From Vitrella brassicaformis CCMP3155 (lineage: Eukaryota > Protista > Chromerida), in contig CDMY01000408.1 in NCBI GenBank assembly GCA_001179505.1, positions 1 through 64,000 of the forward strand: 64,000 bases of DNA. The letters are read 5' to 3'. Each line of letters opens with the position of its first letter. Position 1 is the first letter of the stretch. The translations under genes and the position numbers were made by a program. A model generated the notes under the pieces. The model worked only from the letters and a program-made list of their open reading frames with translations, ran no database searches and was not told where the DNA came from. This document shows positions 49,012-61,543 of this stretch, one piece after another.

Positions 49012-50439
49012 TCAGTCATCCCTGGTGGATTGCTGCGAGGCGGTCTCCTCCGCGTGCTTTATCTTCTCGGCGTAGTCTTCGAACACCTTGGTGAGGCCGG
49101 GGCTCCACACGTCGTATCCGGTGACGCCGCCCAGGTCGAACCACTGGCTCTTGGTCGAACAGAAGACGCCTTCAACCGGAGGGTAGCTGTCCGGGAAGTC
49201 AAAGCAACAGACAGCCACCGTCACCATACCTGACACACACACACAGACACACAGCCAATCGATGCGGAGGTGCCTCCCTGTCTGTCATCCATCGTGCGGC
49301 AGACACACCACACCAGACCACACCCACCTGGCAGATCCTTGGGCGACTCGAAGGCGAAGTGCGCACTGCACTTGCTGCAGAACATGCGGACGTTCCGACA
49401 GGTCGTGTGCCAGGTCTCGCACGTCTTGACTTCCGCGGTGCTGGTCAGAGTGAAGTTCTCACGGTCAACGCACATGTAGAGGCCGGCCGGAGCACCTACG
49501 CAACACAAAACAGACAGACAGACGAGACGCACACAACCACACACAAGCATCAGCACGTCGTCCGTCAAGGGAGGGAGGGAGGGAGGGAGGGCATTGAGGC
49601 TCACCGAGGCATTTCTGACACATACGGCAGCAGCAGTAGGTGGGCGGGTGGATGGGCTCCTTGTCGTTCATGCGGATCGTGAACCGCTGTGCGCCACACA
49701 GGCATCCGCCCTCAACCGAGCCACCCACCGTGGGCACCTGCTGGATCTCCGCACCGGTGGGGTGGGCATCCTTTGTCGACACCTCCGAGCCCGCCTCGCC
49801 CTCGCCCTGGTCTCCTGTTTCGGCCCCTCGCCCAAACATCTTGGTCAGGCCGGGGCTCCATTTCTCGTTTGTGGGGATGCCTCCGGGGCTGAACCAGCAG
49901 CTCTTGGACGAAGTCCAGATGGCCTCCACCGGGGTGAAACGGTCCGGATCATCGAAACAGCTCACAGTCACGGTCCCAATGCATGACGACGAACAGGTCA
50001 AAAGGAAGTTGGGCTGTGTTTGGTCTCAGACTGCCGGTCTGTCTACTGTACCTGGCAGGGCTTGGGTCGCTTGAAAGTAGAATTGGCATGCGCACTTGCC
50101 GCAGAACCATCGGAGGTTCCCGGGTGACGACTCATACTTCTCGACTTCTTCGGTGCTGGTCAACACGAGATTCTCCTCCTTGACACACAGGAAGACGCCC
50201 GCTGGGGCGCCTGAACAGACAGACAGACAGACAAACAGACGGACCAACACACAGCACAGAGACCATTGATGAGTGGAAAACAGCTGCTGGTTAAATTATC
50301 TGAAGAACATCTGCTTACCCAGGCATCTCTGGCACATCTTACAGCAGCACATGACCGGCGGGTAGGGGGGAGGCGGGTCGGTGCACACCTTGAACCGCTG
50401 TCCGCCGCACAGGCAGCCGCCCTCAACCCATTCACTCAT
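49012..50439 (-). CDS. Protein with two tandem GFA/CENP-V (Mss4-like Zn-binding) domains; 5 exons
   Basis: Twice: VEGGCLCG..RF...CCCxMCQxCLG|APAG...RxFCxKC...LPG|xVTV..CFD.PD...PVE..W/F.S.KS.WF...WSPGLTK. One reading frame links the two domains. Confidence 0.88.
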
Positions 50440-50576
50440 TGCGTCACCAAAGCAAAGATGCACCAAGGATCTCGGCGATGCGCTCGGGGAAGAAGTCGTC
50501 GTTCTGCGTGCTTAGCTCGCAAAAATAGGGTGCTTCCTGAAACCGCTGCCAATTCGGCATTCGGCGCCCTTCAGGG

Positions 50577-51573
50577 ATGTGCGGGTTGTGCTATGCCCAC
50601 GAGGTGTACCATTTCGTTGCGCGGTTCGTGGTCTGCTTTTGCATTGGGTACTTCTTCATCACCCTCTTCGAGCCATCCTTCCTCTCCCTGACACAGTACG
50701 GGACTCGCGACTACTTCTACCCAGAGATCACCGAAACGTAGGCCAAGCAAAGGCGCCCCGCTCGACAAGCCGGCGGGCAGGGCTTCCTGTGTGTCTGTCG
50801 TTCTTCGGTGGTGCAGGTACGGCCTGCAGTTTTACCGTCTGTCAGTGGAGCTGGTGCCGCTGACCAACGCGACGGCGACGTGTGGCGACACCTCTGTCGA
50901 CTCACCTCTGTTCGGCCGTGGCGAGTTCAAGGGCTGCAAAGTAACTCACCATCAGAGTGCCGAGGATCCCGGCGACCGGCATTGTGACTGCGTGGCGCCC
51001 TATGGATGGATGCACCAGCAAAGCGTCGAGAGAGGCGACACGGAGGCAGCGGCCATGTGGCGGGACTTGCGGGCAGCCGGCGTTGTCATGTACGTCTTCG
51101 GCAGCCTCACGATGGTTCTTGTCGTCCTCAGCACCTTCTGGCTACTTCCCGATGTGGCTTCGAAGATGAGGCGCGGCCGCTCGACCCACCCGCAGGATTT
51201 GATTGCTGCCGTTCTGTTCACGGCTGCAGCGGTGCTCTGCCTTGTTGGGGGTCTGCTCTGGAGGTCTTTGGGCGGCTCGGCGCGATGTGCTGATTTGGTG
51301 GATGCTCGAGTCCTCTTTGCGGCGCCCACATGCGAGATGGGCCGCAGCGGCATCGACGCCATGTTTGTCACTCCGCCGCTTCTTGCGGTCACCTCTTTGT
51401 TCCAGTGGCTGTTTGTGCAGGACCGAGTGCGTCATGAGAGGTGGAAAGCGGCCAGGATAGCGCAGCTGCAGGCCAATCAGAACCAGCCCGCGCCCCAGAC
51501 GGTCGGCAACGCCGCGGGCAACCCACAGGACGACGTCGACGACGCCGAGACGGCCGCAGGATCGAATGTGTGA
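50577..51573 (+). CDS. Claudin/PMP22-like 4-TM protein, copy 3 (2 exons)
   Basis: MCGLCYAHEVYHFVARFVVCFCIGYFFITLFEP...E|TYGLQFYRLSVELVP...; paralogous to copy 2 with the same intron position and phase. Confidence 0.75.
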
Positions 51574-52276
51574 GAGCCAGCGGGGGGCACGTGGGAGTGG
51601 AAGGCCCTCAGAGGGGCCGGCCGATTGAGGGCAGCCGGTGCCTGCTTCCTTTCCTGGACTTTGCTGGTTGTTGGTTGCCCTGCGGCACTCAAGAGAGGGG
51701 GGGCTGCCCAGAGTGGGGCAGGGGAGGCATCACATGTATGTGGCGCGACAAGATGCCTGCGGGCAGTTAGACCCAGTCTCACAGAAGCCAGAGATGCAGT
51801 CAGTGATTTTTCATGTGGTATGCATGCCCTTTACGCCCGCACTCGTGCCTTTATTGATGCATAGCAGCAGCCTTCCGTCCGTCCGTCCGTCCGTCCTTGT
51901 CCCTGGGTCGGCTGTGGGTGCGGTGCACTCATATTGGCCATGTACAACTATGACTCCGGACGTCTGCTGAGGACGGAGAGAGGTGATGTGTCTGGCTTGT
52001 GTACAAAGACCTGCATTCGTGTGCACGTGTGTGTGTGTGTGTGTGTGTGAGGGCCGTTGTTGTGCGTGAGCGGCCCTTATCTTTATCAATCAGTATTCCC
52101 GGGCGGTGGTATGGTATGTGCATCAGGCAACTCCATGCCAAATGTTGGTCGGCATTCACCACACATCAATTCCATTCATTCATTCTCACACAGACAGACC
52201 ACCGAGACACCACACCCAACACCCGAACGAACAGCCTTCCAGAGCAGCACCCCATCTGTTTGTCCGTCGTCAATAA

Positions 52277-55228
52277 TCAATCAGCAAAGACGGCTGCCGA
52301 CTGCTTGACGTGTTCTGGTATCTTGCTCCTCAGCCACATTTCCCTCTCGTGTGGCGTCTTGAGCCCCTCCCAGTCAGCAAAGCTCACCGACACAACCTGC
52401 CACCCCAGCTGCTGCAGCAACCGGTGCTTGAACAACGTCGAGCCATCCTGCTCAAGCCTCAGCACATCGGGATGCGACTCGTGGTCTGCTGCCGCCGCGG
52501 CGTCGCTGTCGTCGAGTACAGTAAGGAAATGCAGAGGGCCGTCGACCTCTAGAGCCACCGGGAGCTCCACCTTGTGGTCCTCAACCGACCCCTGGGAGGG
52601 GCTGGTGAGAGCGATGTCGATCAGCACGCCCTCCTTGGTGCGGTATTCGTAGGTGTGGGGCAGCGCCAGGCGGTCCAGCGTCTTGGCAACCTCCCACTGG
52701 AACGATGACTTGAGGGGCTTCGTGTCTTGCCGCAGCTCACGGCCCCACTGCTGCAGCACATCCGCCGTCAGGCTGGTCTCCATCGTCGCCTCACGCCCCC
52801 TCCCCGCCACATAGGCCACGAAGCACCAGTACAGCTGCGCCACCGTCTGCTGACCCAGCGGCTCACCGATCTGTCGAGCCTTCTCGATCTCAGCGGGCCA
52901 GTCGATGCCATAGAAGCGGGCAAAGAGGGCCTCTGGGTAGAGGTCAAGCACCAACAGCGTCCACATGAGCAGAGTCATCATGGGATAGAGGGAGGGGGTG
53001 TCGAGCTCAGACCACCGGTCAGCGATGTGCCGCACGCAGGCAGACAGGAAGTCGGCGGGCTGGATGGCACCATGGTAAGCAGGTGGTGGTGGGGACTTGG
53101 AGTAGTTGAGGATGGCAAGGGCATACAGGATGTAGACGAGATCGGTCAGCTGCATGTCGCCTTCATCCAGCCTCTGGACAAGCAGGTAGGTACCAAGACA
53201 CACGCATCAACAGACTGAGTGTCGTGTTGCGCTGTGTGTGAGTGTGCCTGAGCGGACCTGTTGGATGACTCGGACGCTGCCGTGCATGAGCCGCACAGGC
53301 TTCAGCCGCAGTGTGGCGCACTGGTTCAGCCATGACGACAGGTCGCGTGTCGGCAGCCCCACGATGAAGTCGTGACCCCACTCCACCACTTCACCAACCA
53401 GCGCATGATACTCGCGAGGGAAATACCCGATGCTGCCGAAGCAACCCACTGAAGCAACACCGTTGCAGCACAATCGGCCTTGATCAATCTGTATGTAATT
53501 TCTGCTTATCTGCTTACAGATGAAGAGAATGAGCTGCATGTCGCTCTCCGCTTGGCCGCGCTTTGCAAAGGGCTGTGTGGTCGGCGGCCCGCCGGCCTTG
53601 AGCTGGCGAAAGGTCTCTCTGAAGGCCGCCAGGACGGCTGACAGCACCACCGAGGCCTCTCGATGAATCTTTGCCACGTCGCGGTCGTGCAAACTCTGAC
53701 ATACATCACACACAGAGAGCAAGAGAGACGCCACGCCACGCCACGCCACCCACAGAAATCAAGTGCACCCGCCACACCCAATTCGCCTGTCCCTTCCTCC
53801 GTCGCTCACCAGAGCTGACGAGATGCCCTGCATAAGCAGCTTGAGATGACGCAGCTCCACCCGCCTCGCCCCCTCCCCCTTCAGCCGTGACACTATGACG
53901 CCACCCACGCCATCCGGATCGACAAGCGTCATAGCGAACGAATCCACCACACCGGACCCCTTCTCCCCCGCCTCAGCAGCTGCTGCCTTGCCGAGGACGT
54001 AGCAACATCTAGCCAGCTGCAGGTTGGTCAGCGTTTCCCGCTTGGCCATGATGCCGTCGGGGAGACGGCGGAAGAAGCTGCCCTCGCAGCCGTTGCTGAC
54101 GTTCCATGCTCCCAGGTTCAGGAGGGACTCAGCGGTGATGGTCATGTCTGACTCATACATGGTCTCTGCGTGGGCAGCTGCCAGCTTGTCGAGCATCCGG
54201 ATGACCTCTGGAGAGACTGGTGCTGGCTCTTGAGGATCAAGATGGAACCCATGTATATGTGAATTCGGACGCCTCTGACGACGGAAAGCCGCAATCACCA
54301 AGTGCTTCAGATGGCCCCACTCTGTTGGGCTCCGATCAGCCGCCAGACGTGTGCCGTTGCCCTCGACGACAGTTTGGCCCAGCCGCACCACCTGTTTGTC
54401 CAGCACAGCCCACAGCGTTCCAATCGCCTCACAGAGGTCATCCCGGTGGTATCGAATCGCCGAGAAACTCCGCGCCAGCTGGCCGAGGTCCGTCAACGAA
54501 AGTCGCTCCACCTCATGAGGCAAGAAACGCACCGCGCATTTGCGGAACAGGGGGCGCACCAGCTCCCTGTTAGCCTGCCTCTCCTTGTCCTGTCCTCCGA
54601 GGTAATTGCCGGCCTCCGCCAGGCCGGGGAGGATGCGCAGCATCTCGGGAAAGCCGTACGAACCAAAGTCCCTTTCAATGATCTTGACGCAGTGGTCCAC
54701 CAGCCCCTTGGGCAGGGTGCGAACGATGCGCCACTCGTAGAAGATGCGAATCGCAAGCCACAGAAGGACCATGTCAGGGGGGGTTAGCAGAGGGCGGCCG
54801 TCATGCTCAGTGTCCGCCTGGCTGAGCAGCTGCTCCAGCTCGGCGAGTTGCGTCCGCACCTTCCTGGCAATCCCATGGTCGGATTTCCTCTGATGGATGA
54901 CCGACTTGCTCATCGCTCTCAGATGATGCACACAGCGGGAAGCACGGATCTCGCCGAGGAAGCGCTGAGAAAGCACGAGGCTGGCTGCCGCCTCTCGCGA
55001 TGGCTGCTTGGGTGTCCTCAAGTCCACTGTAGAGAGCTGCGGGGCCTTCCTATGCACTGACAGCGGTCGCCTCTTCCTTGGCAGCGACGAGGGTGCTGGC
55101 TGATGAGCGCTAAACCACGGCCGCGTGTTTCTCAGCTTGGTCCTCTGACCGAGCCTGAGGTGAAAACACTTCGCTGTGCCCTCACAAAGTCTGAATTCGC
55201 TCGAATCTTGGAAAAACGTTGGGCTCAT
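52277..55228 (-). CDS. RAP-domain (FASTK-like) helical-repeat RNA-binding protein, possibly organelle-targeted; ~3 exons
   Basis: C-terminal SSFQWEVAKTLDRL...YEY...LIDIAL...VALEVDGPLHF...TLFKHRLLQQLGWQVVSVSFADW; upstream helical repeats (LTDLGQLARSFS, LTNLQLARCCYVL); Arg/Ser-rich N-terminus. Confidence 0.88.
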
Positions 55229-55495
55229 GCTCGCGTCCCTAGCTTGCCTGCTACTCCCTCTCTCCCCCCGCCTATCTCTCTAACGGCTCAGGCAGTGTCT
55301 TTGCTTCCATGGCGTTCTTATGCATCTGGTCAGACAAGGGTGTCTGGCAGAGCACTTTTTCAAGCACGTAAGCTCCTCTTTGTCCCTGGTTGTCGCCTTT
55401 TCAATCATTCCTTTCCCGTGTCATTCCCACGCTTGCATCGTTCCTTTGCTCCTCCTCTGCGTGAGTGCCGGTGTGACCTTGACTCGCTCGTGTGC

Positions 55496-58378
55496 ATGGC
55501 ATCATACGTGCCAGCGCAGTCATATATGGAAGTGCTTCAGCATGGACAAGATTGGCTGCATCGGCTTNNNNNNNNNNNNNNNNNNNNNNNNNNNNNNNNN
55601 NNNNNNNNNNNNNNNNNNNNNNNNNNNNNNNNNNNNNNNNNNNNNNNNNNNNNNNNNNNNNNNNNNNNNNNNNNNNNNNNNNNNNNNNNNNNNNNNNNNN
55701 NNNNNNNNNNNNNNNNNNNNNNNNNNNNNNNNNNNNNNNNNNNNNNNNNNNNNNNNNNNNNNNNNNNNNNNNNNNNNNNNNNNNNNNNNNNNNNNNNNNN
55801 NNNNNNNNNNNNNNNNNNNNNNNNNNNNNNNNNNNNNNNNNNNNNNNNNNNNNNNNNNNNNNNNNNNCAACCAGACTTCCTCCTAGCTGCACACAAGGAG
55901 CGGGCTCGCTGGCTTGCACTCAATCCATCTCTCCCACCCAGTCAGTTTGATGGTGAGTATGACTTTATATATGAGTTGCATGAGATGGAGCAGTGGGTGC
56001 TTGACGCTGACTTGTCAGACTAGCACCCACTGCTCCATGGGAAGGGCAGATAGGCCTTGTGCATGCATTCTGCATGTGCCTGTTGCCTGTTTGGTGTGTG
56101 CTGTGGACAGAGAAGATGCCTGGTTGCGCCGGAAGGTAGCGCCGGGCTTAGGGACAGGTGTCTCGTCAAACCCTTAACCAACCAACCAATCCCCCTTCTC
56201 AAAGCTCGCAATGGCGATCCAAGGAAGAAGCGAAGGCCGTGGACAGCCTGACGATGGCCGCATACAGACACGGTGAGCACCCAATGTCTGGGTCAGCGCA
56301 CCTATCCATCTATCCATCTCTCATCCCTTCCACAACAGTTGTTCCACAACACCTCATTTCTGTGCGGTGTGTCATGCAGAGCCAATTGTATCAGAGCGCA
56401 ATTGAAAGACAGGCACAAGCCGCTGTGCAGCGCCCCCTGGTCGCCCGCCAGACGACCAGCTCGTCTTGATGGCCTCTGTCGTGACCTCTCTCAGCTTGGC
56501 AGAGAGCCTGCTGGTGTCCCGCAACCCCTATGCCGTCGCGGTTGTCGCCGTCCCTGGCGGCAGCAAGGGCGGTGTGTAATACGTGGCGGTCGCTCTGCCC
56601 AAGTTCGAGAAGGCCACGAGACTGCCGCATTCGATGGAGACCATCGAGCACCTCTTCATCGGACTCGAGCAGTGCACCCTCGCACCCAGCCTCAACAACA
56701 CCAAGGTGACACACAACAGACTCAGTCAACTGGATGTGCGGCACTCTTTGGGCTGTGTGTGTGTTGTGTGTGTCCTGTAGGCGGTGACGGCGGCTGAGTG
56801 GCCTCAGGTGAGCGATCGCATCAACAGAGAGTCATTCCATCGTGGCCTCTTCCCGGCGACGATGACATTTGCCGAGTACCAAGATGTGGCGGTGCGGATT
56901 TATCTGTCCAGATATCGTCTGTGTGTGTGTGTGTGTGTGCTCGCGCGTGTGTGTGTGTGTTCAGCGGTGCGATGACTCGCAACTCCCGGCAGTGGTCTCT
57001 GAGCCTTCGCGCGGCTCTGCAGCACTTCCCAGAGATGGAGACATTGTGTGGCGGGCACAACGCGCCTCTGGTGTGAGGTATAGGTGGTGGTATATGACGC
57101 CCGACTGGCCGCCCGAGGATTTCGACTACGACGGCGCTCTACGGAAGCTGAAGCTGCGTCGCGTGGAGGTCGACGAGTGGGAGAACGCAGAGGACTGCGA
57201 GGAGGGATACACCAAAGTCTACGAAATCAAACACTACACCGGTGAGTGGGTACGGGCAGACACGCAATGGTGTGTATGGCGGGGTTTGTGGTGCGTGCTG
57301 TGTTGTGTGTGGCCACCGTGCAGGTTGTTTCCGGGACCCGAGTGGTCGGTTCATCGATGTGCGTCCGCGTGAGGGCCGCCCGTGTTACAGCGACATGATC
57401 AAGAAGAGCGAGCGAGAGCTGGCAGAGATGCTCGTCGAGGCCATCCAGAAGCAGCAGCGGGAACTCGAGGCCTCATCTGACGACGCGAGCGGCACTAAGG
57501 AAGCACTCGAAGAGGTAGATGGGGCGGGTCGGGTCAACCAGACACACGGTTTGGTGCATGTGGGTGCGTGTGTTGCAGGAGTTGACAGCGGCCCAAAGGA
57601 TGCTGGACAGCGCCACATAGCTGTACAGCATAGTAGTACTGCCACATGTGTCTGACTGATGAGATGCTGACTGATGAGAATTGATACCTGCATCAAGGGA
57701 CACACTCAAATCACGCAACCTCATCAGCACCTGTACTGCTCCCGCAATCTGTGTGCATGTTTTGGTGACCAAGCAGGCCGACGTCTTGAAGTACATGCAC
57801 GACGAGACGCTCAGGCTCATGAACCAGGGCTACACACCGGTGGGCGACTTAGACACATAACATGGAGGCAGGCACCCAGGCACCCACGCGGGCAGGACGC
57901 CTCCCTGTCTGCCTGCCTGATTCAGGTCGAAGTTGGACAACTTCAACGACTTCGAGGGGTGCTCCTTTCCCACCGTGTTTCCCTACGGTAAACTATGGCA
58001 AACGTGCCTGCCTGCCTGCCTGCTTATTCACTCCCTCTGTCGTCTTGCTGCCTGTCTGTCTGTCTGTCTGTGGGAGTATGTGCCAACAGGTATCGGCATG
58101 TTCGCTCCGAACGAGTCAAAAGACATGAGCTTCATCGAGTACTGCCAGTATCTCAAGGCGCAGTATCGGCCACCGACTGCGGTCAACTGGCACCTGTGGG
58201 CAGACGCCATGATGGCCGCCCTGCCAGAGTATGCGCAGCGCCACCCACAGGACGAACGCCTCAAGACCGTCATGCCCGCCTCACAGGGGGCAGACGAGCC
58301 GAAGCAGCCGACGGGTGAGAGTGGCTGTGTGGTGGGTTAGCTGACGAATACATTGGTTCGCGCGTTGCAGCTGGATGA
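55496..58378 (+). CDS. Uncharacterised multi-exon gene with a WWY-x3-WPP module; contains an apparent in-frame stop (possible pseudogene)
   Basis: Coding-like exons WWYMTPDWPPEDFDYDGALRKLKLRRVEVDEWENAEDCEEGYTKVYEIKHYT|GCFRDPSGRFIDVRPREGRPCYSDM; TAA at 56577-56579 inside an otherwise open coding-like run. 5' structure is uncertain because of a gap. Confidence 0.5.
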
Positions 58379-58786
58379 GAGGTAGGTAGTCGGCGTTTCA
58401 GCCTTTCTCTACTGACTTGTTTAGTGATCTGCAGCAACCCAGCCGCAAGAGAGACCTGCGTGTGTCTGTTTGATACTCTCTGTTTATCTCTCTCTCTCGA
58501 CCTCTACAGCTGTTTGCCTAGCTAGTGAGTGAGTGGCCCTGTCGGCACTCTGTCAGGGGTGCACGTCGTATCCTTCAATCAGTTGATTGCATATACGCAC
58601 CCACCCACGCATGGTCCCGCATTTCGTCTCTCCTGGCTGGCCGTTGTCCACCCACTCACTCACTCACTCTGCAGGTGCAGCATCCTCTGCATTTTCACAA
58701 GGGACGCTCCCTCTCACTAGAAAAGACCGAGCACTATGGGCTGCCCCTCCCGTCCCAGCTCGGCCCCATCAGTCAGTCCCACTCGG

Positions 58787-61327
58787 TCATGTGTTGAGCA
58801 GCCGCTGGCCGTTCCTCTGCGTGCCGCTCATCGCTGGGGTGTTGTCTGCTGCCTGGCTCTGCAGGTCGCCCCCCGACAGTGCATGGCGAAAGGCATTTTC
58901 TCGCTCGCTGGCTGGTGGCGGCTCTGAGGGCGGGTGTGTGTAGACTAACTGGTCGCTGTGGCCGCCAAGCAGCTGCTGCTGGGACGGAGGGGTGTCGCCT
59001 TCGCGTAGCGTACGCAGCACCTACAGACACGGACAACACAAGAGAGAGAGGGAGAGAGAGAGAGAGACAAGGGTGAAAGGGAGCCGCTGGGTTCGTTTGT
59101 CGCTGACCTGGTCATGTATGCGTCTTCCCTTTGGCGCGGGGAAGGCGGTCAAGGTGTCCATTCGCTTGATGTGATCCAACACCTCTGCGAAGGACGCTGA
59201 GCTGGGGGGCGTGGGGATGGCCGGCGCAGTGGTCATACGATCGACGCTCCTGTCGCTGTCGGCAATGCGCGGCGGCCGGTGGCCATTGTCCGCGAGCTGG
59301 TGGGGCCTGTCGTCGTCATTCCCTCTGATGTCGTGTCGGGATGCGGTGCGGTGCTGCACGGGGAAGGACGGGAACGCCCATGGCAGAATGCGCGTGTCGT
59401 CCTGATCGCACGCATGGACAAGACGACAGATGGCCCCACAACACTCACACACAACAGGGTGATTACATGTACTCATGGGTGACTGACCAGGAAGTCGAGG
59501 GTGTCGAGGATTTCGTTGAGCTCATCCTGAAGCCTGACGTTGTCGAAACCGAGCCGGCAGTCGAAGGGATCCTCGAGGGCCTGCTCGACGTTGAACAGTC
59601 CAACCATGACGAGAGTGGTCAGCACAGACAGGGCGATGGCAAAGGGGAGATTGGTGCCCTCACCCTGATTGTTCAGTAGTCAGTCATCCAGACAGATACG
59701 TTCAACCAGACAGGTGTGTGCATATGAATGAGTGTGAGCATGTGGCTGCGATGCGTACCCCTCCGCTGGTGCCAACCCACACATAATAAGGGCCGTAGAA
59801 GCACGGCACAAAGATGAAAGCCACACGCACAAACGACCTGAGGGCCTGTGGCAGACAGACAGAAACGAAGAGATGACTGACGGGCAGGATGGCTGGCCGT
59901 TTATCTGTCCGCAAGCCGACTCACCTGAGGCGTCCTGTACTCCTTTATCTTCCTCAGCTTCTCGAAGGCTTGATGGAGCAACCAGTGGTACTGAAACACA
60001 CCACCACACAAGGGAGAGCGATGCATCAATGCACCCGCCATGCACGGGACTGTGCCAGCCAGCCACCCCACCCATCGATATATCCACCTGATTGAGGCTA
60101 CCACAGCCGATCGGAAGTGTGCGTGTACACCCCAACACAAACCAGACAGACAGCACGATGCAAGAAAGCGGCCCGGGGAGAACACATCATCGCAGTCAGT
60201 CGTATGTTTATATGCCCTCCAAAACACCCTTCCGTCCTTCCTTCCCTCCTCACCGTGCCGCCTCGTTGCCAGGGAGCCCCTCCCTTTTGAGTACTTCCAC
60301 GGCCAGGGAGAGGTCTTTGATGTGGCACAGCAGCTGCACCAGCAGAGTCCGCCTCTCCTCCACCACACGCACCTTCATCCGCGCACCGCACCACGTGAAC
60401 GTATGTTTGGCCTCTACACACACACACACACACACAAAACAAGTGAGAAGATGCACTCATTGTCCTGTGTTGTGCTGTGCCGTTTCCGGCTCCCTGACTT
60501 CCGATAAGAGGCGTCCGGAGGTAATCGTGTACACCGAGGATGAAGTCATAGAAGACCTGCCGCACGCCGTCTGCATGGCCTGGAGGGATCTTAGACCGTC
60601 CATTCTTGTTCTCATACCAATTCCACTCGCGATGCGCTGCCATTCACACACACACACACATGTGTGTAGACTTTTCCATCAGCAGCAGATGGAGCCTGCC
60701 TGCCTTTTTACCGAGGAATATGTGAGAGATCAGCGCTTTCATGGTGGCGATGTGGGCGAGGGCCTCCTCACGGCGCTTGAAGGCTTCGCCGATGCTGGTG
60801 GTCAGGGGGAAGACCACGGCGAACGACACGAACGTCCACGAGATGTTTGCCGACCATGAGCTCTCGTTCCTCTCATACTCCAGGTAGTAGAGGTATGTAA
60901 TGACCGCCGACAGCACCGAGTAGAAGATGGAATCCAACGTCACCTGAATGAACCAGCCATCCCGTCGTGTGCACGAGGAGATCTTGTGTGTCCGAGTACG
61001 TGTCGGTTCAGCCTTACCAGAACGGTGAAAAAGACAGCAAGTGCCGAATAGATGTCGGCGGTGAAGGTGAAGACGTGTCCACAGCCGCGAGGGACGCCAA
61101 TGTCCCGACCCTTCAGCGGGGACAGGGTTGGGTGGATCATCACTTTGGTTGCTAGCTTCTTCGCTTGTCTGGACAGCGGTTCGTGGTGCGTCTACAGAAC
61201 TCCCCAACTCCGTTTTCTTCTCTTTGGAGATCTCCCACTCTAAGCTCGCAAATGGATCGCGATGGGAAACGAGTCCCTCAGGAATCTGTGGTGCTTCCCC
61301 TGGGGCCGTTGGACCATGTATGGCCAC
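58787..61327 (-). CDS. Bestrophin-like (bacterial/algal-type) anion channel; start uncertain
   Basis: WTFVSFAVVFPLTTSIGEAFKRREEALAHIATMKA; LRKIKEYRTPQ|ALRSFVRVAFIFVPCFYGPYY; FAIALSVLTTLVMVGLFNVEQALEDPF. Confidence 0.7.
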
Positions 61328-61543
61328 ATGCAGCTGCCTTGCGTATCGACGGATGAATCATCATCTCGGCGGTCGAGTTCGGAGCATGCAGAAGGGGGCT
61401 CCGTGGGGGTCCTTGGGGGTCCACTGTCTTCGATTTCCGAGCGACAGCCTGCTGAGAGCCGAGCACCCTTCGCACCGAAGGTGATTGTGACGTCCTGTAA
61501 GGGAAAGACAGATTGGATGCATCTGTGCGTGTGTGCAGTCACG

